From a virus (taxonomy: Duplodnaviria; Caudoviricetes): a DNA stretch of 53,810 bases. The DNA lies in IMG/VR virus record IMGVR_UViG_3300044814_000019, positions 1 to 53,810 of that record; one strand, written 5' to 3'. The notes below the pieces were generated by a model, which made no database searches, was not told where the DNA came from, and worked only from the letters and a program-made list of their open reading frames with translations. Each line of letters opens with the position of its first letter. Position 1 is the stretch's first letter. The translations under genes were made by a program, and so were the position numbers. This document shows, one piece after another, positions 36,096 through 44,460 of the stretch.

Positions 36096-36332
36096 TTACA
36101 GATCTGCGTCCTGAGCCCACGACGGCACCCAACCCTTGGGGGCGCGCCACTTGTGGCCGCCCGGCGTTACCCGGTAGCACTCCTCGGTGCCGCGATCCTC
36201 GACCACCACGCTTATGCGCCGGGTCGCCGCGATGCTGCGGGCCGCCTGGATCGTCGCGTCGCACACCCGTTGCGACTGGACGCCGTCCGTGATCGTGTGG
36301 CCGTCGAGGCCGTAGATCGTGCTGTAGGTCAT
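36096..36332 (-). CDS. small early hypothetical protein
   Basis: RBS CAGGAG. MTYSTIYGLDG... Confidence 0.7.
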   Translation of the reverse strand: MTYSTIYGLDGHTITDGVQSQRVCDATIQAARSIAATRRISVVVEDRGTEECYRVTPGGHKWRAPKGWVPSWAQDADL

Positions 36333-36358
36333 GTCCATCTCCTGTTTTCGATGTTCGT

Positions 36359-36387
36359 AACGTACACACATGCCAGTACGCTGTCAA
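36359..36387 (-). promoter_or_regulatory. early promoter TTGACA-N17-TACGTT
   Basis: Canonical -35 and spacer, duplicated at 36056. Confidence 0.75.
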
Positions 36388-36971
36388 CCTCCTTCCCAAG
36401 GCATTTTTGAATTATTTTTGGCAAGCTGCTCATGTATCCTTTTTGTGGCTTCCGCCATAGTCAGGGGCTCAGGCAGCCGCCGATATGTCGCCGGTTCCAG
36501 CGGCTTCGTGGGCGGCTTCGTGGGCGGCTTGAAGCCGACGGTTTCGGCTGGCCGTTGCTGGCCGCGCAATTCCTTGAGCTGCACATACAGGCCCTCCAGC
36601 TCCTCTTTCATGGTGGCGTTGGCCGTACGCAGTGTTTCCAGTTCCTGCATTATTTCTGCCGGTACTGCTGCGATTGTGGTCTGTACGGGCGCCGACCCAT
36701 TCGCAACCGGCCTAGACGTGCCGCCGCGCGATCCGGGACCGCCGGCCTTACGTTCCGCACGGCACTTCGGGCAGTTGCGCAGCAGCAGTCCCGCGTTTTT
36801 CTTGCTGCCGTCGAGCGCGTGCCTAGTCACGTCGATGCTGATTTCAACTCCACAGGTCACGCACGGCTGCGTCACTCGGTACAGATGAATATAGTTGCCG
36901 TTCCAGAACTTTGTGACTGGGTCGCCGCCTTGCCAGCCATCCGGTAGCTCGCCATCGAATTTCGGGTGCAT
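36384..36971 (-). CDS. Zn-ribbon plus coiled-coil protein
   Basis: RBS CAGGAG. CVTC..CPKC, coiled coil, KPPT repeats, ends KMPWEGG. Confidence 0.7.
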   Translation of the reverse strand: MHPKFDGELPDGWQGGDPVTKFWNGNYIHLYRVTQPCVTCGVEISIDVTRHALDGSKKNAGLLLRNCPKCRAERKAGGPGSRGGTSRPVANGSAPVQTTIAAVPAEIMQELETLRTANATMKEELEGLYVQLKELRGQQRPAETVGFKPPTKPPTKPLEPATYRRLPEPLTMAEATKRIHEQLAKNNSKMPWEGG

Positions 36972-37185
36972 GTCAAAAACTCCTGTAAATCGCATTAATG
37001 CGTGTAAATTTCTGTGTAAACCACAATTCACCGCAGCGCAACATGTAAATTCACCGTATCACGTACTTGTGAACTCACGGTGAAAAGCCGTAAATTTACA
37101 GCGTACATATTCAATCAGTCCCTTCGAAGTGTGGGGGTGTGCAGGCTAAGCAGTAGCACACCCACTAGACGAGGGGGAGTCAGAG

Positions 37186-37680
37186 GTGATAACACCCACC
37201 CGTGAAAACGCGGAAATTCACATGAACACACTCCCAGCCACAATACGGCTCCCATACACGGCTGTACAGACGGTTGCGAATCACACGGATCGCATCGGTC
37301 GGCTGGTACGGATGAAAAGCTCGACGCTGACAACAGCGTGCAGGCAAGCCGGATTGCCGATCGAGCTTGCGGAGCTTTGCGGCGGATTGCTCGCGAGCGT
37401 CGTCGATGACCTGGTGACGATCGGACGACTGCGGCGCACGGATTTCGAACGCACGAAGCGTAAGCAACGCGTTCTGGCGGCTGCTGATGAGCCTGCAGCA
37501 TCGGCGCTGCGGATTGCCATCGTCGCATCGCCGGTCAATGGGCGGGCCGCTGTGGCCCATTGGGATGCCATTTGCGAGGGTTATGAACTGGGCAAGCTGG
37601 CCTGGCTTTTGGGGGTGGACACGGAAACGAGCTACGGCTATGGTCGGCGGATGGAAAAACGGGAAAAGCGTACGCAATGA
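37186..37680 (+). CDS. hypothetical protein
   Basis: Purine-rich RBS. 164-aa ORF. Confidence 0.55.
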   Translation: MITPTRENAEIHMNTLPATIRLPYTAVQTVANHTDRIGRLVRMKSSTLTTACRQAGLPIELAELCGGLLASVVDDLVTIGRLRRTDFERTKRKQRVLAAADEPAASALRIAIVASPVNGRAAVAHWDAICEGYELGKLAWLLGVDTETSYGYGRRMEKREKRTQ

Positions 37681-37830
37681 CGTGGCGGGAACTGTCGCGA
37701 GCTCTGTGGAGCACCAATGCTGCGCTAGACCGTGGCGAGCCGTGCGCGCATGTACGCACTTGGCTATTATATCTGGCGGCGCAGTGGAGGGAGTCGGCCG
37801 TAAAACTGCGAAAATAATTCAAAATAGGTG

Positions 37831-37859
37831 TTGACACGGTTTTGGATCGTGTGTACGGT
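37831..37859 (+). promoter_or_regulatory. early promoter TTGACA-N17-TACGGT with AT-rich upstream element
   Basis: Canonical -35 and spacer, with AAAATAATTCAAAAT upstream. Confidence 0.75.
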
Positions 37860-37895
37860 GTGGGCATTGGAAACGCAAACCGCTGGAGAGCGCAA

Positions 37896-38111
37896 ATGAC
37901 CAAGAAGGAATACGCGGCTCGCAAACTTGCATACAACACTGCTTTGTGGGAAGGTCGCGTTCTTCGTTTCTTTAATGGTCAGTCTCACCAATCTTACTCG
38001 ACAGTTGAGCGCCGCGATGCTGCGTTAGTCGAAGCTAAGGCAGCAGGCATTCCGTGCGAAATCGTCACCGTCACGCGCGAGTACGCTGCTGCGCATGGTG
38101 TTAGTGTTTAG
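37896..38111 (+). CDS. small early hypothetical protein
   Basis: MTKKEYAARKL..., preceded by the leader motif. Confidence 0.7.
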   Translation: MTKKEYAARKLAYNTALWEGRVLRFFNGQSHQSYSTVERRDAALVEAKAAGIPCEIVTVTREYAAAHGVSV

Positions 38112-38114
38112 GAC

Positions 38115-38143
38115 TTGACACCCGCTAATTCCTTCCGTACGCT
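38115..38143 (+). promoter_or_regulatory. early promoter TTGACA-N17-TACGCT
   Basis: Canonical -35 and spacer. Confidence 0.75.
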
Positions 38144-38173
38144 ACCAACATTCAAACCGCTGGAGAGCGCACC

Positions 38174-38584
38174 ATGAATACCAACACCCCCGCCCTTGCC
38201 ACCGTTTACGCTGATCTCGAATCGGTGCTAGCCAAACTGCAGGCCATCGACGCCAATGCGATCGAGAGCGCCAATCTCGTTCCGATGATCAAAGCCGTAC
38301 AGTCGATCGGCGCGTACACCGCAGCGATTGACGCCCAGATCCAAGCACGTGCGATCGGCAACGGCGAGCTGATTCCCGGCGTTGTCGTCAAGGACGCCAT
38401 CGTACATCGCAAGTGGCAGGATGACACTGCCGCTGCGCAGCTCGCGCAAGAGCAGTTCGGCGACGCGGCATTCGATCGCAAGATGAAATCACCGGCCGGC
38501 ATTGAGAAACTCGGCGATGCTGGCAAGTCGTTCGTCGCGGTGGCGAGCTTCAAGCCGGAAGCTGGCAAGCGAGTGGTTTACTGA
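38174..38584 (+). CDS. stand-alone paralogue of the DUF2800 C-terminal domain
   Basis: IPG..RKW.D..AA..FG..SPA..EKLG.AGK..AV..KPEA..Y is shared with 25815-26792. Confidence 0.75.
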   Translation: MNTNTPALATVYADLESVLAKLQAIDANAIESANLVPMIKAVQSIGAYTAAIDAQIQARAIGNGELIPGVVVKDAIVHRKWQDDTAAAQLAQEQFGDAAFDRKMKSPAGIEKLGDAGKSFVAVASFKPEAGKRVVY

Positions 38585-38586
38585 CG

Positions 38587-38766
38587 ATGACCTTTGACAT
38601 AGTGGAAAAGGCGGCAAACTGGCGCGTACACGCATCGTTCAGCAGTAGAGACGAAGCGGAGCGCTATCTGCGTGAAGACTTTTTCAGGTACGCAGAGAGG
38701 AATATCTACTGCGTAAGCAAAGGACTCAGTGTGGACGACTTTGAAATAATCGAGTGCGAAACATGA
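38587..38766 (+). CDS. small hypothetical protein (59 aa)
   Basis: MTFDIVEKAANWRVHASF... fills the operon. Confidence 0.55.
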   Translation: MTFDIVEKAANWRVHASFSSRDEAERYLREDFFRYAERNIYCVSKGLSVDDFEIIECET

Positions 38767-38768
38767 AC

Positions 38769-38915
38769 ATGGACAACGAGCGGCAGCGCACCCTTGAGGC
38801 CAGCATCGAGCGGCTGCGCCAGCGTGCCAAGCGCTTGGCAAAGGACGACACACGCGCTATCGTCGTTGTCGGCATTCTGCTCGGCATTCTGGATTTGCTC
38901 GGAGATGAGCTATGA
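38769..38915 (+). CDS. small hypothetical protein (48 aa)
   Basis: MDNERQRTLEASIERLRQRAKRL..VVVGILLGILDLLGDEL. Confidence 0.55.
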   Translation: MDNERQRTLEASIERLRQRAKRLAKDDTRAIVVVGILLGILDLLGDEL

Positions 38916-38983
38916 ATTGGTGGTTTATCGTTGCGCTGACAGCAAATTTTGTTGCTTGGTATCTTGCGTGGCTGCTCCAATGA
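38912..38983 (+). CDS. 23-aa hydrophobic peptide
   Basis: MNWWFIVALTANFVAWYLAWLLQ. RBS GGAG, ATGA-coupled at both ends. Confidence 0.55.
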   Translation: MNWWFIVALTANFVAWYLAWLLQ

Positions 38984-39216
38984 ACATCAAAGAATTCGGC
39001 GCACTCAAAGTCGGCGACAAGATCAGCAATCTCGCCATCGGCGGCTTGAACTGCGGCGAGATTGTCGAATGCACGTCCAGCGGCGTGCGTGTCGTGTGGG
39101 GGCCGCGCCATGATCGCGAGACGCGGTTTTTCTACAGCGTCGTTGGCACGTCTTGGATGCAATGGAGCAGCGTGACACCGCTTGGAGACGTGACACCGCT
39201 TGGAGACGTGCCATGA
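38980..39216 (+). CDS. small SH3/Tudor-like hypothetical protein
   Basis: MNIKEFGALKVGDKI..GEIV..VRVVW. Confidence 0.6.
   Translation: MNIKEFGALKVGDKISNLAIGGLNCGEIVECTSSGVRVVWGPRHDRETRFFYSVVGTSWMQWSSVTPLGDVTPLGDVP
39171..39210 (+). repeat. 18-bp tandem duplication containing the gcrA RBS
   Basis: CGTGACACCGCTTGGAGA x2 followed by CGTG. Confidence 0.9.
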
Positions 39217-39569
39217 CGCTGTGGACCGAGGAACGCGATACGCAGCTCCGCAAGTTGCGCGATCGGGGTTTTACGTTCGATGATATCGCTGCCAAGCTGG
39301 ACACGACTAAGGGCAGCGTCATCGGCAGGGCGGGTAGGCTCGGCCTGCCGAAGCGAGGGCAGCCCGTATGGCGGCACGTCTACCATCGCGCTGTCGCGTC
39401 AACTCCGTTGCTGCCTTCTGTTGGCCCTGTTGCGTTGCTCGACCTGGAGCCGCACCATTGCCGTTGGCCGGTCAATGACGCGCCTTACTTGTTCTGCGCC
39501 GGCACGAAAATCGACGGCAGTTCGTACTGCGAGCATCATTTCGGCGTATCCAGGCGTGGGGTGACATGA
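39213..39569 (+). CDS. gcrA: GcrA-family cell-cycle regulator
   Basis: WTEER..LRKL..GFTFDDIAAKL..TKGSVIGRAGRLGL (HTH) and LLDL..HCRWPV..FC..SYCEHH (sigma-binding Zn domain). Confidence 0.92.
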   Translation: MTLWTEERDTQLRKLRDRGFTFDDIAAKLDTTKGSVIGRAGRLGLPKRGQPVWRHVYHRAVASTPLLPSVGPVALLDLEPHHCRWPVNDAPYLFCAGTKIDGSSYCEHHFGVSRRGVT

Positions 39570-39796
39570 CTTTGGGTAGTAGATGGAGGATTTACATCAT
39601 GTTCAAGCACTACACTGTAGGTGGAAAGTTCGATGCGGATACCCTTAAAGGCAGCATTACGGGGTTGTACGGGCGCATACCGCCAGATCTGCAAAGACTT
39701 GTTCGCAAGATAATGGACTCTCCTAGCATGGACTACGGAGCTATGGAGCTTCTGGACGTGTTTCAAATTGAGTGGAGGGATGAAAACAAGCCGTGA
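39566..39796 (+). CDS. hypothetical protein
   Basis: Coupled ORF. A likelier start at 39599 has RBS GGAGG. Confidence 0.6.
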   Translation: MTLGSRWRIYIMFKHYTVGGKFDADTLKGSITGLYGRIPPDLQRLVRKIMDSPSMDYGAMELLDVFQIEWRDENKP

Positions 39797-40044
39797 AGGA
39801 ACCAGTAAAGCTCGTCACCAAACCGACTGCGAAAGCTGAGATTCGCGACAGCATCATACGGAACTTGCGCGAAGTCCTGGCGCAAGCGGAGGCGGGCGAC
39901 ATCGACGCGGTGATTATACTTGCCCTGCATCCTAATGGCGAGTGGAGCGGTAACGACATTGCCACAACGCGGTTTTCCGAAGTAATCGGGCGGATTGAAA
40001 TCGTAAAACAGCAATGGGTTGCGCAGTACCTGAAAGCACGGTGA
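39793..40044 (+). CDS. hypothetical protein
   Basis: LREVLAQAEAGDIDAVII. GTGA-coupled. Confidence 0.65.
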   Translation: MKEPVKLVTKPTAKAEIRDSIIRNLREVLAQAEAGDIDAVIILALHPNGEWSGNDIATTRFSEVIGRIEIVKQQWVAQYLKAR

Positions 40045-40120
40045 CAGCCGGCCCATAACCGTGCTACTGTGTTGCAATTCCTCGCGTTGTTCGCGAGGAA
40101 GCAGCGCGGAGCACGGCAAA

Positions 40121-43100
40121 ATGGCGGACGACTTCGGTAGCGGGCTGGCGGCACTCGACAATAGCGGCACGCTGCCCGCGAAGATGCCGCAGCCGCAAGG
40201 CAATCCGATTCAACAGTTCGGCAGTTCGCTCGCCAAGATACTGCCCGGGCCGCACTATACGTCCCTGCCCCCCGGCGCGCCCGCGCTCGACCAAGCGGAG
40301 AATCAGCTTAAGCAGCAGGTTGACCGTGCCAGTCAGGTTGCGGCCAATCCGATTGCGCAGCTGTTCGCGCCCGAGCAGGTCCAAGCGGCGCGTAACTTCG
40401 TGCCAAAAGCAGCCGAACAGCTTCGTACGATTGCTCAACAGAAACAGCAGCAGGTGGACATCCAAAAGAGTGCAACTAACTTCGGAATGCCGCAGTCCGC
40501 TCAAAATCCGTTCATGACGAACGACACGATTGATAACTGGCTGCTTGATCAATACAAAGCCGGCGATTTTAGCAAAGCCAACATGCTCAAGGCGCGCGGC
40601 AAAGGCGATTGGGTGCAGGACTTCGCCGGGCAGGCCGTGGACGGCGCCGGGGCCAAGCTCGCAGCGGCAAACGGAGTCATTACGAAGCTGAACGCTGCCG
40701 GCGGCAATCAACCCGCGTACGCGGCCACGCTTCGGAGTCTATCGCCGCAAGAAAAGCAATCCATTACTTCGCTGGGATTGCAAACGATCCCGGAAAAGGC
40801 GTCGGACTGGCAGGATGTTGTACAGCAGCACGGCGCGGCGTTTCTGCAGGCGCAACAGCTCCATTCCCAGGTTAGCCAGAAGCTCGCCAACATCACGAAT
40901 TTTGACGGTACGGTCCCCAAAGACGTGGAATCCGCGTCGCACGGGGACATCCGAATTGGCAGCTCAAACGAGCCCGCCGGCTTCCCCGTTCGCACGCGAT
41001 CAATCGACGGGCAGACAGGCCACGTCGGCCCCAACGGCTCTGTACAGATGGAAAAGTACGGGCTCGCGCCGAAAGTCGGCGGCTGGAATGCTACCAACCC
41101 GGACCGTCTCGCTAAAAACGACAAGATGCTTGCTGGCGACGACGTGAAAGGCGCCATAAATCAGTACAACATCGCCAATAAATTCAAAAACGAAGCGATG
41201 AATCTCGGGATGTACAGCTCATCGGCCGGGTTGGCGTTGCTGAAAGACACGCTTGGCGGCGTCGGCCGCGATGTAGCCGAAAAGTCGGCTGCCGCCGGCA
41301 CGACTGGCTTGTCGCAGATGTTTTCCAACCAAATGGGCGGCGTCGAGGGCTTCATCAACCGAGCAACGAGTGAAATAGCAGCCTACAAGAATTGGGTGGA
41401 TGGCGGTAAGAAAGGCGATCGACCGCGCATGTCGGATCAAACAATGCGCGGGCTCCAATTTATTGCGAACGAAAACTACAACTACGCACAACAGCAAGCG
41501 ACCGGGCGTCTTAGCGGCCCAATGCGTGACGCTGGGCAGATCGGGCGTCCGCTGGAAGATATGCCGCTGGACGCTGATTTGAAAGCCAGCGTCGCGCAGT
41601 ACCACGAAGAAGGCCGCGTAGACGCCATCAACGGCTGGCGTTCGTACCCCAGCATTGTGCGCGGCAATCAGCGCATTTTTTTCCCGCAAGGCTCAAATGT
41701 AAACGGCGCCAGTGCGCCACGACCACCGCTCAATACCGATGGCAGCGCCAATGGTGGAAGTTCCTTGACACCCGTACCGCAGGCGGGGCAGACTGCAGAC
41801 GCTCCTGTGTCAGGCGGGGGCGCATCGCCGAGGCCCGTGCCGTCGCCGTCAGCCTCCCAGCCCAGCAGCGGCACGGGCCAACCTTTCAAAAATCCGCAAG
41901 TCAACGACGCGATTACAAAGGTCTCAGCTGAGACTGGCGTCGATCCCGCCCTCATGCGGCGTTTTGCACAGATCGAGAGCGGCGGTCGGGCTGGCCCCGA
42001 GGCCGATACCGGATCGTACAGAGGCCTATTCAATCTCTCTGTGCCTGAGTTCAACAAGTACGGCGGCGGCGACATTCACAATCCCGAGGACAACGCGCGC
42101 GCCGCTGCGAATAAGTTAAAAGCTGAAGCGGCGCAATTCCAAGCTGCTAACGGGCGACCGCCGACGCCGGCTGAGCAATACTTGGTGCACAATCAAGGCG
42201 CGGCTGGGCTGGCGGCGCACGAGGCTAACCCGGACGCGCCGGCATGGCAGAACATGTACGCGACCGGTGAGGGACGCCAGAAAGGCATAGCTTGGGCCAA
42301 GAAAGCGGTTTGGGGCAACATACCGGACGACGTGAAGGCCAAGTTCCCCGGTGGCGTCGATAGCGTCACCAGCCGACAATTCATAGACGTGTGGCAGGCA
42401 AAGTTCGGAGGCGGGTCTGCGTCAAGTAATGCGCCGGCACCCGCTGCTGACCCGGCGGCCCCGACAAGCTTGACGCCGAGACAGCGCGAAGCCATGGCGC
42501 GCCGCGGGATTGACACGTCAGCGGCGCCGCGAGGATTGACGCCTGAGCAGCAGGCAGCATACTCAGAGCAGATGGCCCAGCAGGGGCGCGACATGGTCGG
42601 TGCCGCCCCCGCAGCACTCGGGACTATCGGCGCACTTGGCGGCGGTGCACTTGGCGGCCCTCCTGGTGCTGTCGCCGGGGGTGCGGCCGGCAGCGGCGCC
42701 GGCCAAGTGTTGAAAGACTACGTACAAGGCAACGCTCAGAGCCCGGCCAAGATTGCTGAGCAGGCCGCGCTTGGCGGTGTGCTCGGTGTTGCGTCGGCGG
42801 CACGGCCAGTCCTGGCAGCCGCGGGCCGCGTCGTCGGCAGCGGTGCGATCGAAGCCGGCACGAAGGCGGCCGAAGGTGGTAGCGGTCCTGAGATAGTTGA
42901 CGCGGGATTGCGCGGTGCGGCCGAAGGTCTCGGCGGCGAAGCGCTGGGGCGCTTCGTTTCGTCGGGCGGCGCGGCGATGTACAAGGCGGTGTCGCGCTAC
43001 ACGACGCCGGCGCAGCAAGAATTGATGGACCATGCTGGCAAGCTCGCAGCGGCGCGCGAAGTGCTGAAAACCGAGCAACCTAAATTGCCCGGCGATACGG

Positions 43101-44143
43101 GGCCTAATCCGAAATACGAAGCCGCGAAAAAGCAGGCGGACGATGCAACAGCGGCGATTAAAGCCGACCATGGGCAAAATCCTGATGATGTGGTTCATGC
43201 GTATGAACAAGCAACGTCCGGCGTGTCGGCCGGGGAAGCGGCAGTCATGCGCAAGGCTGCGAGTGAAAAAGCCGCTACGTCACAGGGCTACAATCAGCTA
43301 CGCCAAGACGCACGCGATGCCGGCGTCGGAGCGCCGAAGTCCAATCAACCGACGCCTAACGGCCCGCTTGCGCAGATCCGTACCGCAGAAAACCCGACGG
43401 GCGTGGTCGAGGCTAAATTTGCACCCGATGCGCAGCACGCCGAAATGCTGATTAAAGCGCCCGCTAAAGATTGGGGCGAAAAGTGGCAGCAATTGCAGAA
43501 TGCTGGTAGCGAATTGATCCAGAAGCGCATGGCGTTTCTGCAAAACGGCGATCGGCCAAGCGCAGACGCGATGGATGGCATCTTCCAAGGCGTACGGAAC
43601 CAGCAAAAGGCAGCGGCGGAATACGTATTCGGCGCGAAGAAAGGCGGTGAAGTCATCAGTCGGCTTGAAAATCTGGATCAGCGTTATGCTAAGGTCATGA
43701 ATGCGACGCAGGGGATGGACTACGGCAAAATGCGGAGTGTAATTCAGGCCGGCAACACGCCGGAACGTCGCGCGCTGGAAAAGAACTTCAAGGCGTTCGC
43801 GGGCGACGATCCTTCGGCCATGCGTGCGTTCAATGCAATGAAAGCTGGCGCGAAGGGGCGCTTGACCGACGAAGCCAAGTTGATGGTCCCGCTTATTACG
43901 GCTGAAAGTTTGGCGCACTTCGGCGGCATTCCGACTTTCGGCGTCATAAGCGCGGCGGTTGGCGGTCATCGCCTATACAAAGTCATGCAGCAGTTCATGA
44001 ACGCCAAAGTGCTCGGGCGGCCGGTCAAATTCAGAGATTTTTTCAATCGAGAACTGCAGTCGAGCGGTGCCGGACAGGCCGTCAGGGGCGCAGTACAGCG
44101 CGGCGCCGTACAAGGTGACGCGCTGGCCGGCGTCTCGCCATAA
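40121..44143 (+). CDS. large internal virion/ejection protein with lytic transglycosylase domain
   Basis: 1340 aa from ATG 40121. VDPALMRRFAQIESG..GLFN..NPEDNARAAA..YLVHNQG (SLT-like). Gly/Ala-rich membrane-spanning-like segment. Confidence 0.82.
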   Translation: MADDFGSGLAALDNSGTLPAKMPQPQGNPIQQFGSSLAKILPGPHYTSLPPGAPALDQAENQLKQQVDRASQVAANPIAQLFAPEQVQAARNFVPKAAEQLRTIAQQKQQQVDIQKSATNFGMPQSAQNPFMTNDTIDNWLLDQYKAGDFSKANMLKARGKGDWVQDFAGQAVDGAGAKLAAANGVITKLNAAGGNQPAYAATLRSLSPQEKQSITSLGLQTIPEKASDWQDVVQQHGAAFLQAQQLHSQVSQKLANITNFDGTVPKDVESASHGDIRIGSSNEPAGFPVRTRSIDGQTGHVGPNGSVQMEKYGLAPKVGGWNATNPDRLAKNDKMLAGDDVKGAINQYNIANKFKNEAMNLGMYSSSAGLALLKDTLGGVGRDVAEKSAAAGTTGLSQMFSNQMGGVEGFINRATSEIAAYKNWVDGGKKGDRPRMSDQTMRGLQFIANENYNYAQQQATGRLSGPMRDAGQIGRPLEDMPLDADLKASVAQYHEEGRVDAINGWRSYPSIVRGNQRIFFPQGSNVNGASAPRPPLNTDGSANGGSSLTPVPQAGQTADAPVSGGGASPRPVPSPSASQPSSGTGQPFKNPQVNDAITKVSAETGVDPALMRRFAQIESGGRAGPEADTGSYRGLFNLSVPEFNKYGGGDIHNPEDNARAAANKLKAEAAQFQAANGRPPTPAEQYLVHNQGAAGLAAHEANPDAPAWQNMYATGEGRQKGIAWAKKAVWGNIPDDVKAKFPGGVDSVTSRQFIDVWQAKFGGGSASSNAPAPAADPAAPTSLTPRQREAMARRGIDTSAAPRGLTPEQQAAYSEQMAQQGRDMVGAAPAALGTIGALGGGALGGPPGAVAGGAAGSGAGQVLKDYVQGNAQSPAKIAEQAALGGVLGVASAARPVLAAAGRVVGSGAIEAGTKAAEGGSGPEIVDAGLRGAAEGLGGEALGRFVSSGGAAMYKAVSRYTTPAQQELMDHAGKLAAAREVLKTEQPKLPGDTGPNPKYEAAKKQADDATAAIKADHGQNPDDVVHAYEQATSGVSAGEAAVMRKAASEKAATSQGYNQLRQDARDAGVGAPKSNQPTPNGPLAQIRTAENPTGVVEAKFAPDAQHAEMLIKAPAKDWGEKWQQLQNAGSELIQKRMAFLQNGDRPSADAMDGIFQGVRNQQKAAAEYVFGAKKGGEVISRLENLDQRYAKVMNATQGMDYGKMRSVIQAGNTPERRALEKNFKAFAGDDPSAMRAFNAMKAGAKGRLTDEAKLMVPLITAESLAHFGGIPTFGVISAAVGGHRLYKVMQQFMNAKVLGRPVKFRDFFNRELQSSGAGQAVRGAVQRGAVQGDALAGVSP

Positions 44144-44151
44144 GGTACGCA

Positions 44152-44460
44152 ATGTTTCCGTGGCTGTTCACGCAAAAACCAAAAGCGACGGCGCCACGCG
44201 AGGTCATGCTGGATCGGTTGCGAGAAGGCGTACCATCGGAGTTAGCGGCTCGCGCCGCTGGCATCGAATGGAGCGCGGTAAAAGACGACCCTGAAATAGA
44301 CAAGGCACTCGCCGAAGGTGAAATACTACTGTTCGAACGAGCGCGTGACAGTGGCGTTACCGGCGTCGTACGCGCGGCGCTCAGGAACGAGACGAAGTCG
44401 TGGGTCCCCAAAGCTGAAGCGCCGCTAGGACTCAGTTTAGAAGACTATTTGCGTGATTAA
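44152..44460 (+). CDS. probable terminase small subunit (HTH)
   Basis: LREGVPSELAARAAGI HTH, helical core, LSLEDYL C-terminus. No other TerS candidate was seen. Confidence 0.5.
   Translation: MFPWLFTQKPKATAPREVMLDRLREGVPSELAARAAGIEWSAVKDDPEIDKALAEGEILLFERARDSGVTGVVRAALRNETKSWVPKAEAPLGLSLEDYLRD

Noticed and set aside
35743-38169. Repeated leaders/promoters as a CRISPR or mini-array
   Set aside because: The copies are short, on both strands and separated by whole genes, with no regular spacer structure.
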